From positions 2,368,001 through 2,432,000 of the forward strand of contig CBDCOH010000002.1 of the NCBI GenBank assembly GCA_965219685.1: a DNA stretch of 64,000 nucleotides, in the 5' to 3' direction. The notes under the pieces were generated by a model. It saw nothing but the letters and a program-made list of their open reading frames with translations. It did no database searches and was not told where the DNA came from. Below are positions 19,771 through 28,906 of the stretch, one piece after another; within the stretch, counting starts at the first letter, position 1; every line of letters begins with the position of its first letter. Source of the DNA: Candidatus Spongiisociaceae bacterium (GTDB lineage Bacteria > Actinomycetota > Acidimicrobiia > Spongiisociales > Spongiisociaceae). The translations under genes were made by a program, and so were the position numbers.

Positions 19771-20579
19771 GAGAGAACTTCCTCCATGATGGCCGAGGTT
19801 CCGGCCACAGACGCTGTGACACGCGCGAAGGCACGGAACATCTCCGACACGGCGGGCGCATGGAGTTCCACGGCCTGCAGTTGGCTCCGTACCGTTTCCG
19901 TATCGCCCCTGGCAATAGGACCGGTGAGGGCTGGACGGGGTCCCATGTCGAAGGCATTGGCGACTATCTGCTCCACGAGAGGCCGAGCCACCCGGTAGTC
20001 CACCCCCGCCTCCGCATACAACCTCTCGGCGACCGCGAGCGCCGCCACAACGTAGTTGGCTGATGAAGCAGCCGCGGCGTGATAGAGAGGCTTGGCCGCG
20101 TCGGCGATACGGAAGGCCTGGCAGCCCAGCGAGCCGGCCAACTCCTCCAAGAAATCCCCCAACGCCGCCCCCGCGGTGATCGCAACGTGGGCACCCCTGA
20201 ACGACCCCGACCCGGTGCTCCAGTCCGGAAAGGTCTGGAGCGGATGGAACGAACCGGCTGCCAGGCCGGCATCGCGCAGCGGATCGAGAGCCGACCGCGA
20301 CACCAGCCCAGACAGATGCACGACGCGGGCGACCGGGATGGCGTGCCCGGCGAGGGATCGGGCGACGTGGCGGATCGCGTCGTCACGGACTGCGACCACC
20401 AACAGATCGGCCTCCGGCATGGGATTGCCGATCAGCCGGGCGACCACACCGAGATGCCGCGCCACCTCCTGGTCGTCGGCGCGGCGTGTAACTATCCCTA
20501 CTATCTCATGGCCCGCTTCGTGGGCGGCGACCGCCAACGATCCACCGGCCCTGCCGGGGCCCACAACGATGATTCGCAC
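19767..20579 (-). CDS. Rossmann-like/DUF2520 oxidoreductase (PanG-like putative ketopantoate reductase)
   Basis: VGPGRAG, AVRDDAI, HLSG, FHPLQTF, YHAAA...SN, LTGPIARGD; immediately upstream of panC. Start GTG 20579. Confidence 0.9.
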   Translation of the reverse strand: MRIIVVGPGRAGGSLAVAAHEAGHEIVGIVTRRADDQEVARHLGVVARLIGNPMPEADLLVVAVRDDAIRHVARSLAGHAIPVARVVHLSGLVSRSALDPLRDAGLAAGSFHPLQTFPDWSTGSGSFRGAHVAITAGAALGDFLEELAGSLGCQAFRIADAAKPLYHAAAASSANYVVAALAVAERLYAEAGVDYRVARPLVEQIVANAFDMGPRPALTGPIARGDTETVRSQLQAVELHAPAVSEMFRAFARVTASVAGTSAIMEEVLS

Positions 20580-20621
20580 CTGTACTCCCGGTTCCGGTCC
20601 GTTCCTTCGGTACCGTTCCGG

Positions 20622-20729
20622 GAGGGTGCTGAAAAACCCCGTGCATCGGGGTCGCACATTCGGCCACAGCAGTCGAGCCAATGGTCTGCCGACGAGCGAA
20701 GCCCGAAAGATCCGCTTCTCAGCACCCTC
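20622..20729. mobile_element. 108-bp MITE-like element
   Basis: Terminal inverted repeats GAGGGTGCTGAAAA / TTCTCAGCACCCTC (13/14 match), with CCGG on both flanks (20618-21 and 20730-33). Confidence 0.75.
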
Positions 20730-20742
20730 CCGGGGCCGAAGG

Positions 20743-21309
20743 TTAGGGAGGCAACCTGGCCGCCGCCACCTGCGAGACGGACCGGCCGCCACCACCGGAC
20801 CCCCGACCCCCGACCCGTTGCCCCCGCCACCACCGGTCCTCGATCATCGTGACATCTTGATCGGCCACACCCGCGAGCAGGTCGGACACGCGCGTTCCGT
20901 CAGGATCGCGAGCCTCGGGCCAGGCGGCTGCCAGCGGCTCCATGACGAAGCGGCGTTGCCGATAGCGGGGATGCGGTACCGAGACCTCCACCGTGCGGAC
21001 CACCGAGTCGCCGTGGAGGATGAGATCCAGGTCGATAATCCTCGGACCCCAGCGCGGTCCCCTGACGCGGCCGAGTCGCTTCTCGATGGCGAGCAGGCGC
21101 GCCACCAGATCCTCCGGTTCCAGATCGGTCTCGATCACGGCCACCGCGTTGTAGAAGGGCTGCTGCTCCACAGGTCCCACAGGAGCCGTCTCGTAAAGAG
21201 GAGACAGAGCCTGCAGCCGCCCGAGTTCCGCGAGACGGGCGACCGCCTTGCCGAGGACGGCGCGACGGTCTCCCATGTTGGAACCCAGGGAGACGGCGGC
21301 CGGCGTCAT
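20743..21309 (-). CDS. folK: 2-amino-4-hydroxy-6-hydroxymethyldihydropteridine diphosphokinase
   Basis: SLGSNMGDR, YETAPVG, RWGPRIIDLDLI, PHPR..QRRFV.EPL. Confidence 0.96.
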   Translation of the reverse strand: MTPAAVSLGSNMGDRRAVLGKAVARLAELGRLQALSPLYETAPVGPVEQQPFYNAVAVIETDLEPEDLVARLLAIEKRLGRVRGPRWGPRIIDLDLILHGDSVVRTVEVSVPHPRYRQRRFVMEPLAAAWPEARDPDGTRVSDLLAGVADQDVTMIEDRWWRGQRVGGRGSGGGGRSVSQVAAARLPP

Positions 21310-21316
21310 ACCTGTA

Positions 21317-22165
21317 TCAGTCGCGGGGAGAGTGCCGGACGATGGTCACCGCCACGTCCTCGAAAGGAACCTCGATCGGCGCCTCGGGTTTGTGCACGGT
21401 CACCTCCACCCGGGTGACCAGGCGGTTCTCGAGAACGAGATCGGCCACCCGTTCGGCGACCGTCTCGATGAGGTTCCACTGCTCGCCCGACACCCGGCCG
21501 TGGATCGCCTCCGCAAGAACCCCGTAGTCGAGGGTCTCGGAAAGGTCGTCGGTACGGCCCGCCTCCGAGAGGTCCAGCCGGGCCATGACATCCACCGCGA
21601 AGGTCTGGCCGGCGGCCCGCTCCTCGTCGGTCACTCCATGACGGGCCGGTATGCGGAGACCCTTCAACGTGATCGAGTCGGCGGAACCGCGGACGCGGAC
21701 CGGACCCGGATCGGGTGGGTCCTCGCCCACAACTCCAGCCAGCAGCCGGAGAACCTCTTGGCGAACCTTGGGGAGGTCGGCGCCGAGATTCTCCAATACC
21801 CGGGCGGCGACGCCGTCCCCCTCCCGGATCAAGCCGAGGAGTATGTGCTCGGTGCCGATGTAACTGTGACCTAGCTGGAGCGCCTCGCGTAGGCTCAACT
21901 CCATCACCATCTTGGCGCGACGCGTGAAGGGTACGTGCCCGGAAGGGGATCGGTGACCCTTGCCGATAGTCTCCTCCACCTTGCTACGCACCGAATCGAG
22001 ACGCATCCCCAGGCTTCCGAGGACCCGGGCCGCAACACCCTCACCCTCATGGATAAGGCCGAGCAGGATGTGCTCGGTGCCGATGTAGTTGTGGTTCAGC
22101 AGCCGGGCCTCGTCCTGCGCCATGACCACCACCCGGCGAGCCCGGTCGGTGAAGCGTTCAAACAC
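21317..22165 (-). CDS. folB: Fusion of a ClpC N-terminal (Clp-R) domain with dihydroneopterin aldolase FolB
   Basis: aa 1-144 are ~85% identical to this window's ClpC N-domain. aa ~160-282 are FolB (HGV..EER..GQ.F.VD, TLDY, NLIET.AE, HKP.API). Located between folP and folK. Confidence 0.93.
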   Translation of the reverse strand: MFERFTDRARRVVVMAQDEARLLNHNYIGTEHILLGLIHEGEGVAARVLGSLGMRLDSVRSKVEETIGKGHRSPSGHVPFTRRAKMVMELSLREALQLGHSYIGTEHILLGLIREGDGVAARVLENLGADLPKVRQEVLRLLAGVVGEDPPDPGPVRVRGSADSITLKGLRIPARHGVTDEERAAGQTFAVDVMARLDLSEAGRTDDLSETLDYGVLAEAIHGRVSGEQWNLIETVAERVADLVLENRLVTRVEVTVHKPEAPIEVPFEDVAVTIVRHSPRD

Positions 22166-22227
22166 AGCGGGCCGGCAGTTGAGGGCTCTCCGTCCCAGAC
22201 GCGTCGGCGGTGCCGAACGCCATCGGG

Positions 22228-22704
22228 TCAGCCGGAAGGAGGTATCAGTGCACGGGCGCCGGGTCCGAGGGGCCGGCCGATGGCCGACTGTATGGCCATG
22301 GTCGCGAGACGCTCATCGTCGACCAGACCCGAGTACACCACATAGCCTGCCAGGATGCCGGCCACCGCGTCATCCACGAAGTCCCGATGCACCAGCACAC
22401 GAGCCCCCGGCTTGGAAAGCGCCTCGTGGATGGTGGAGAAAGCATGCTCGATAGCGGCCGGCTCGGATTCGAGATCCACCGGGGCCAGACACACCTCGAG
22501 GCCGGCCGCCTCGTAGCTGTTGACGTTCTGGGTTCCCGGGAGCAGGGAGACTACGGTGGTGAAACCCTCATCGACCAGCCAGGCAATCTCCTCTTGGCGG
22601 CGTACCCGCCGATGCTGGAAGCCCTGCCCTCCGATCCGCGCCGAGGTGGCCAGCCGATTGCCGATCACCCAGGCGAAATCACGCGGTTGCAGTCCGGTCG
22701 TCAT
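22228..22704 (-). CDS. Dual-specificity-phosphatase-like protein lacking the catalytic CX5R motif
   Basis: F.WVI...LA.S.R, GFTTVVSL, VLVH followed by RDFVDD instead of CxxGxxR. Confidence 0.65.
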   Translation of the reverse strand: MTTGLQPRDFAWVIGNRLATSARIGGQGFQHRRVRRQEEIAWLVDEGFTTVVSLLPGTQNVNSYEAAGLEVCLAPVDLESEPAAIEHAFSTIHEALSKPGARVLVHRDFVDDAVAGILAGYVVYSGLVDDERLATMAIQSAIGRPLGPGARALIPPSG

Positions 22705-23608
22705 CACCCTTGCCCATCTCCCGCACCATAGCGTCGGCCAGCGCCAAAGCGTCGCGCGCCAGCGCGACATCGTGGACCCTGACGATCGAAGCCCCTCCGA
22801 GCGCGCAGATAGCGGCTGAGACGGCCGTGACCGCATCCCGGTCGTGGACGGGCCGCCCGGTGAGGGCGCCCAGGAACGCCTTGCGGGAGGTACCCACGAG
22901 CACCGGTACGCCCTCCGCGGCGAAGGCGGGCAATCCGTTGAGCAGGGCCAGGTTGTGAGCCGTTGTCTTGCCGAATCCGATCCCGGGGTCGATGGCGATC
23001 GCACCCCGCCGGACTCCCGCCCGCACCGCGGATCCGATCCTGCCACGGAGAAACGCACCTACCTCGCCTACCACATCGGTGTAGGTCGGGTTGACCTGCA
23101 TGGTGCGCGGGTTGCCGCGCCTGTGCATCAGCACCACACCCACCCCGGCCCCGGCGCACAACCCGGCCATCTCCTCCGCCTCCAGCGCTGCCACGTCGTT
23201 GACCACGACCGCCCCGGCCGCGATCGCCTCGGCGGCAACCCTGGGCTTCGAGGTGTCGATCGACACCCGGACCCCGGCGGCGGAGAGGCGTCCCACCACG
23301 CCGACCACCCGGCGTAGCTCCTCGGTCTCATCCACATCGGCCGCTCCGGGGCGGGTCGACTCACCCCCCACGTCGATCAGGTGGGCCCCCTGATCCCTCA
23401 AACGCAGGCCTCGATCCACGGCCCCGTCCTCGTCCATGAAGCGGCCCCCGTCCGAGAACGAATCGGGTGTAGCGTTCACCACGCCCATGATCAGGGTGCC
23501 GCGGTTGGGATCGAGCACCTCTCCGCGTACATGCCAGAGGGGCCTATCGGACCGCACGCGTGCTTCGGGCGGTCGTGGAGGCCCCGGCTCGGAGCCTGAC
23601 GGTTTCAT
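22679..23608 (-). CDS. folP: Dihydropteroate synthase
   Basis: MGVVNATPDSFSDGG, DVGGESTRPG, DPGIGFGK, GTSRK, RVHDV; true start may lie up to ~100 bp downstream. Confidence 0.97.
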   Translation of the reverse strand: MKPSGSEPGPPRPPEARVRSDRPLWHVRGEVLDPNRGTLIMGVVNATPDSFSDGGRFMDEDGAVDRGLRLRDQGAHLIDVGGESTRPGAADVDETEELRRVVGVVGRLSAAGVRVSIDTSKPRVAAEAIAAGAVVVNDVAALEAEEMAGLCAGAGVGVVLMHRRGNPRTMQVNPTYTDVVGEVGAFLRGRIGSAVRAGVRRGAIAIDPGIGFGKTTAHNLALLNGLPAFAAEGVPVLVGTSRKAFLGALTGRPVHDRDAVTAVSAAICALGGASIVRVHDVALARDALALADAMVREMGKGDDDRTATA

Positions 23609-23680
23609 ACTCGACTGCCGCCCCGATCCTCGGAGCGAGCCGGTGCAGACCGGTCCGGCTCCCGCGTGACCTCACCGATG

Positions 23681-24262
23681 TCAGGGGCCGGCCCGGTTTA
23701 TGAGGGCCAGGGCCTCGGCTCTCGTGGCCGGGTTGCTCCGGAACTGGCCTCGGACCGCGGATGTCTGGGTGACCGCTCCAGGCTTGCCGACGCCCCTCAT
23801 CTCCATACATAGGTGGCGGGCCTCGACGACGACGAGCACTCCGCGAGGCTTCAGCACCTCCATCAACGACTCGGCCACCTGGGTGGTCAAGCGCTCCTGC
23901 ATCTGGGGACGGCGGGCGAATCCCTCGACGAGACGGGCGAGCTTCGAGAGACCGGTCACCCTGCCGTCCGGCACGTAGGCCACATGAGCGGTTCCATGGA
24001 AGGGAAGGAGATGATGCTCGCACATCGAGTAGAAGGAGATGTCGCGTACCAGCACCATCTCCTGGTGCTCGTCGGCCACGAACACGCGGTAGAGGTCCTC
24101 CCGTGGATCGCGGTGCATCCCTTCGAAGACTTCCGCGTACATGCGGGCCACCCGGGTCGGGGTGTCGACCAGTCCTTCCCGGCCAGGGTCCTCGCCGATA
24201 GCCTTCAGGATCTGGTGCACAGCGTCTGCGATCGCCTGCTGATCGACCACCCACCCTGACAT
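23681..24262 (-). CDS. folE: GTP cyclohydrolase I
   Basis: [39 protein letters not shown]. Confidence 0.98.
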   Translation of the reverse strand: MSGWVVDQQAIADAVHQILKAIGEDPGREGLVDTPTRVARMYAEVFEGMHRDPREDLYRVFVADEHQEMVLVRDISFYSMCEHHLLPFHGTAHVAYVPDGRVTGLSKLARLVEGFARRPQMQERLTTQVAESLMEVLKPRGVLVVVEARHLCMEMRGVGKPGAVTQTSAVRGQFRSNPATRAEALALINRAGP

Positions 24263-24267
24263 GGTCG

Positions 24268-26199
24268 CTACCCGCTGATCGGGGAATCCCCCGCGGTGGC
24301 CGCCGCCACACCTTCCGAAAGAGCGGGACCGGCCAGGGTCGGCGCCTGGATTCGGGGACCGGCGCCGTCGACCGTTTCCCACTTGGGCACATCGTGGAGT
24401 ACGTCGCTGATCTCCGCGGCCTGGAGGGTCTCCGAGTCGAGCAACCGATCGGCGAGCCGGTGCAAGGAGTCCATGTGAGTGGTGAGTATCCGCTTCGCCT
24501 CGTCGTGAGCCTGACCCAACAATGCCCGGACCTCATCGTCGATAGCGGCGGCGACCTCGTCGGAGTAGTCCTGCTGGCTGGAGTAGTCGCGACCGAGGAA
24601 CACCTCGCCGTGGTCCTTTCCGTACTTCATGGGACCCAGGTTGTCGCTCATCCCGTATTCCATCACCATCCGTCGAGCCAACTCCGTGGCCTTCTCGATG
24701 TCGTTGGACGCGCCCGTGGTCGGGTCGGCGAAGATGAGTTCCTCGGCGGCCCGGCCTCCCATGAGCATCGCCAACTGGTCGGTCAACTCCGAACGGCGCA
24801 TGTAGTTGCGATCCTCCGTCGGAAGTGCGAGCGTGTATCCGCCCGCCCGGCCCCTCGGGATGATGGTGACCTTGTGGATTGGGTCCGCATTGGGTAGGGC
24901 GAAGCCCACCAGAGCGTGCCCGCCCTCGTGGTAGGCGGTCACCTTCTTCTCCCGATCGGTCATGACCCTGCTCTTGCGCTCCGGACCGGCGATGACCCTG
25001 TCGATCGCCTCCTCCAGTTCCTCCGGCCCAACCCGTTCCTTGTCCCGCCGGGCTGCCAGCAGCGCGGCCTCGTTGATGAGGTTGGCCAGGTCGGCCCCGG
25101 TGAACCCGGGGGTCTGGCGGGCGACGACGTCCATGTCCACTTCTTCCGAGATGGGCTTACCCTTGGCGTGGACACCCAGGATGGCCTTCCGCCCCTTGAG
25201 ATCAGGGCGGTCTACGACGATCTGGCGGTCGAAACGTCCCGGCCGGAGCAGCGCCGGGTCGAGGATGTCGGGCCTGTTGGTGCCCGCGACGACAATCACC
25301 CCGCTCGACACATCGAAGCCGTCCAACTCCACCAGGAGTTGGTTGAGAGTCTGCTCCCGCTCATCGTGACCACCTCCGAGACCGGCGCCCCGGTGCCGTC
25401 CCACCGCGTCGATCTCGTCGATGAACACGATCGCCGGAGCGGCCGACTTGGCCTGCTCGAACAGGTCACGCACCCGGCTGGCGCCCACTCCCACGAACAT
25501 CTCCACGAAGTCGGACCCCGAGATCGAGAAGAAGGGCACTTCGGCCTCGCCGGCCACCGCCCGCGCCAGGAGGGTCTTGCCCGTTCCGGGAGAACCGTAG
25601 AGCAGGACCCCTTTGGGGATCTTGGCGCCCATCGCCCTGAACTTCTGGGGCGCCTGGAGGAAGTCCTTGATCTCGCCCAACTCCTCGATGGCCTCCTCGA
25701 GACCGGCCACATCCTCGAAGGTCACCTTGGGCTGGTCCTTCGTGACCTGTTTTGCCTTGGCCTTGCCGAACTGCATGATCCGGCTCCCGCCACTCTGCAT
25801 CTGCATGATGACAAAGATCATGAAACCGAAGATCAGAAGCCACGGAAGGATGCCTAGGACCAGATCCCAGAACCCTGGAGGCTCGGGGTCGATGAGAACC
25901 TTCACGTCGTTGGCGAGCAGGATCTCGGTGAGCGTCCCCTCGTACTCCGCCGGGTACAGAACGCGGAACTCGGCGGGAACATCCGCCACGAGCGTTCCCG
26001 GCACCAGAGCGCCTTCGATGGCATTGGAGCGCTCGAGGATCAGGACCTCGGCCACCGCTCCGGTGGTGACCACCTCCTCGAATACGGTAAGGTCGATCTC
26101 CTCCGGCTTGCTGGCCTGGTTGAGGAACCGCTGTCCCATCAGGACCAACGCCATGACCACGAGACCGTATACGAAAATGGTGCGGGTGGTCTTACTCAA
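24268..26199 (-). CDS. ftsH: ATP-dependent zinc metalloprotease FtsH
   Basis: Two TM helices, [17 protein letters not shown] motif [15 protein letters not shown]. Confidence 0.98.
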   Translation of the reverse strand: MSKTTRTIFVYGLVVMALVLMGQRFLNQASKPEEIDLTVFEEVVTTGAVAEVLILERSNAIEGALVPGTLVADVPAEFRVLYPAEYEGTLTEILLANDVKVLIDPEPPGFWDLVLGILPWLLIFGFMIFVIMQMQSGGSRIMQFGKAKAKQVTKDQPKVTFEDVAGLEEAIEELGEIKDFLQAPQKFRAMGAKIPKGVLLYGSPGTGKTLLARAVAGEAEVPFFSISGSDFVEMFVGVGASRVRDLFEQAKSAAPAIVFIDEIDAVGRHRGAGLGGGHDEREQTLNQLLVELDGFDVSSGVIVVAGTNRPDILDPALLRPGRFDRQIVVDRPDLKGRKAILGVHAKGKPISEEVDMDVVARQTPGFTGADLANLINEAALLAARRDKERVGPEELEEAIDRVIAGPERKSRVMTDREKKVTAYHEGGHALVGFALPNADPIHKVTIIPRGRAGGYTLALPTEDRNYMRRSELTDQLAMLMGGRAAEELIFADPTTGASNDIEKATELARRMVMEYGMSDNLGPMKYGKDHGEVFLGRDYSSQQDYSDEVAAAIDDEVRALLGQAHDEAKRILTTHMDSLHRLADRLLDSETLQAAEISDVLHDVPKWETVDGAGPRIQAPTLAGPALSEGVAAATAGDSPISG

Positions 26200-26536
26200 T
26201 GTCTCTCTTTCTTGTTCTCGGCTTGCCCGAATGGAGGCCGGTGGAATCCCGTAGTGTCGACCGGACTTGCGTCGCGCCCCATCCTACGGGGCTGCCGGAA
26301 CTATCGCAGGTGGTTTCACCGTGACGAGGACAACCCGTGCCTACCAGGTGAAATAGCCAGTTCTAGTCTAGGTGACCGGGCGGCCAGGTTCGCCGGACCG
26401 TCTCCCGCCACGTAAAGGTTGCGACAGCGAGAATGCCATCTCTACGCTGGCACGTACATGTCGTCCACCGCCTTCCGGCGACTGGGGCCTGCGTTGGCGG
26501 TGCTGCAGGAGGGCGACGGACGAGAAAGGGTGAACG

Positions 26537-28288
26537 TTGGCTGCGGTAGGCGAGAACGGGAACGTCCGCTACGAACCGGATGAGAGTCCACCTCCACTGA
26601 TCGCCCTGGGCGCCGGCCTGCAGGCCGGCGCTCTGATAGTGGCGCCCGTGGTGCTGACCGTGGTGATCGTCGCCAGGATTGCCAAGCAGCCGGAGGGTTA
26701 CATCTCGTGGGCCGTCTTCGCCGCGCTGCTGATCAGCGGGATCACGACCGTGATGCAGGCGGTACGGGTGGGACGCATCGGCGCCGGCCACGTACTGATC
26801 ATGGGCACATCAGGAGCGTTCATCGCGGTGTGCGTAGCGGCGCTGGTCCAGGGTGGACCGTCCACGATGGCGAGCCTCATCGCCGTCTCGTCGCTGTTCC
26901 AATTCCTGATGGCCTCCCGGCTGTCGCTGCTACGCCGGGTCTTCACTCCGGTCGTCTCCGGCACCGTGATCATGCTCATAACCGCAACGGTCGTTCCGGT
27001 GATCTTCGACTCGCTCGGCGACGTAGCCGCCGACGCCTCCCCGGCCGCCGCTCCTGCAGCGGCGTTGGCCACCCTGATAACCGTCACCGGACTCGTGCTG
27101 CGAGCGCCGGCCGCATGGCGTCTCTGGTCGCCGGTGATCGGCATCACGGTTGGATGCGTGGTGGCGGCGTCCTTCGGCATCTACGATGCGCAACCCCTTC
27201 GCGACGCCCCCTGGATAGGAGTTGCCATAGGCTCCTGGCCAGGGCTCGATGTCACCCCCGGTGCGGAGTTCTGGGCACTCCTGCCGGCATTCGTCGTGGT
27301 GACGCTGGTAGGAGCCATCGAGACCATCGGCGACGGGGTTGCAATCCAGCGCGTCTCGCGGCGGAGCCCGCGCGCCACCGACTTCCGGGTCGTGCAGGGG
27401 GCTCTGAACGCAGACGGCATGGGGAACCTGCTCTCGGGCCTCCTCGGAACCCTCCCCAATACGACGTACTCGACGAGCATCTCCCTAGCCGAGGTCACCG
27501 GGATCGGGGCACGAAGGGTGGGTGTGGTCATCGGGGCGTTGTTCGCAGCGGTGGCCTTCCTGCCCAAGGTGGCAGCTGTGCTGATCTCCATCCCCGCGCC
27601 GGTGGCCGCCGCCTACCTGCTGGTCCTCCTGGGGCTGCTGTTCATCCAGGGTGTGAAGATCATCATCAACGACGGCATGGATCACCGGAAGGCCACGGTC
27701 GCCGGAGTGTCGTTCTGGGTGGGTGTCGGCTTCCAGAACGGCTGGATCTTCCCGGACCTGCTGGGGGAGGGTTTTCTCGGAGTGCTGTTCGGCAACGGGA
27801 TGACGGCCGGAGCCATCGTCGCCATCGTCATGGTCTTCTTCATGGAGGCGACCGCCCCACGGCGGAGCCGTCTCGAATTCGCTCTGGACATGGAGGAACT
27901 CCCCAGGCTCGGAGCCTTCCTGCGTGGAGTAGCCGAAGAGTACGGATGGGGGTCGGCCGCCGCCGAGCGCCTGGTCCTTGTCGGTGAGGAAACCCTTTCT
28001 AGCCTGCTGGAGGAACCACCCGACATCCCGGAGGAGCCGCGACACCTGCTCGTGACTGCTCGCCCCTATAGCGGCGGGGCCGAACTCGAGTTCCTGTGCG
28101 CATCCGAACCCGGGAACCTGGAGGATAGGTTGACGTACATGGGGGAGGCGCCGGACATAGCCGACGTCCGTGAGGTTTCGTTCCGCCTCCTGCGCCACTA
28201 CGCCTCGTCGGTCCGCCACCAGAAGTATCACGACGTGGACATCGTGATGGTGAGGGTAGACCGGCCGGGAGTGGTGAATAGTGAATAG
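26537..28288 (+). CDS. NCS2 (xanthine/uracil) permease with a C-terminal degenerate HATPase/RsbW-like domain
   Basis: LGLQ-like LGAGLQ, SGITTVMQ, MGTSGAF, ETIGD, DG.GN..SG.LGT.PNTTYS; ~140-aa soluble C-terminal tail. Confidence 0.88.
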   Translation: MAAVGENGNVRYEPDESPPPLIALGAGLQAGALIVAPVVLTVVIVARIAKQPEGYISWAVFAALLISGITTVMQAVRVGRIGAGHVLIMGTSGAFIAVCVAALVQGGPSTMASLIAVSSLFQFLMASRLSLLRRVFTPVVSGTVIMLITATVVPVIFDSLGDVAADASPAAAPAAALATLITVTGLVLRAPAAWRLWSPVIGITVGCVVAASFGIYDAQPLRDAPWIGVAIGSWPGLDVTPGAEFWALLPAFVVVTLVGAIETIGDGVAIQRVSRRSPRATDFRVVQGALNADGMGNLLSGLLGTLPNTTYSTSISLAEVTGIGARRVGVVIGALFAAVAFLPKVAAVLISIPAPVAAAYLLVLLGLLFIQGVKIIINDGMDHRKATVAGVSFWVGVGFQNGWIFPDLLGEGFLGVLFGNGMTAGAIVAIVMVFFMEATAPRRSRLEFALDMEELPRLGAFLRGVAEEYGWGSAAAERLVLVGEETLSSLLEEPPDIPEEPRHLLVTARPYSGGAELEFLCASEPGNLEDRLTYMGEAPDIADVREVSFRLLRHYASSVRHQKYHDVDIVMVRVDRPGVVNSE

Positions 28289-28336
28289 TGAATAGTGAAT
28301 AGTGAATAGTGAATAGTGAATAGTGAATAGTGAATT
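28274..28336. repeat. Heptamer tandem repeat GTGAATA x8 (+1 variant)
   Basis: Starts in the last codons of the NCS2 gene (VVNSE*); lies between convergent genes. Confidence 0.97.
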
Positions 28337-28369
28337 TTTACGACTGGTTGTAGTATTAGTTATTGTTTC

Positions 28370-28906
28370 TCACCGCTCACCAATCGAGTGCTGCTCGAGG
28401 ACCCCGATGTAGGGCAGGTTCCGGTACAACTGGTCGAAGTCCAGCCCGTAGCCGACCACGAACTCCGGACCGATCTCGAAACCCACGTAGCGGACTTCCA
28501 CCGGCACCCGCTGCATGTTCTCCTTGACCAGCAGGGTGGCCAGTTCGATCGAGGCGGGCCGCCGGAGTCTCAGCGTCTTGAGGAGGTAGTCGATGGTGAG
28601 TCCCGAGTCCACGATGTCCTCCACCAGCAGGACATGGCGTCCCGCGATCTCCTCGTCCAGGTCCTTGAGGATCCGGACCACTCCGGAGGTCTTGGTGGCC
28701 GATCCGTACGAGGACACCGCCATGAAGTCGAACTCGACCGGGAGCCGGATATGGCGGGCCAGATCCGCCATCACCATAAAGGCCCCCCGGAGGACGCCGA
28801 CCACCAGCAACGCTTCCCCCTCGTAATCGCGGGTGATCTGCTCCCCTATCTCGCGCAGGCGCGCCGCGATCTCGTCCTCGCCTATCAGTACCCGACCGGC
28901 TTCCAC
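28370..28906 (-). CDS. hpt: Hypoxanthine phosphoribosyltransferase
   Basis: VSSYG, VLLVEDIVDSGLT, FVVGYGLD...YRNLP. Confidence 0.98.
   Translation of the reverse strand: MEAGRVLIGEDEIAARLREIGEQITRDYEGEALLVVGVLRGAFMVMADLARHIRLPVEFDFMAVSSYGSATKTSGVVRILKDLDEEIAGRHVLLVEDIVDSGLTIDYLLKTLRLRRPASIELATLLVKENMQRVPVEVRYVGFEIGPEFVVGYGLDFDQLYRNLPYIGVLEQHSIGER

Noticed and set aside
26200-26536. Purine or other riboswitch upstream of the NCS2 permease
   Set aside because: Some pairing is possible (TTTCACC/GGTGAAA), but I could not recognise a riboswitch consensus; an Rfam scan is needed.
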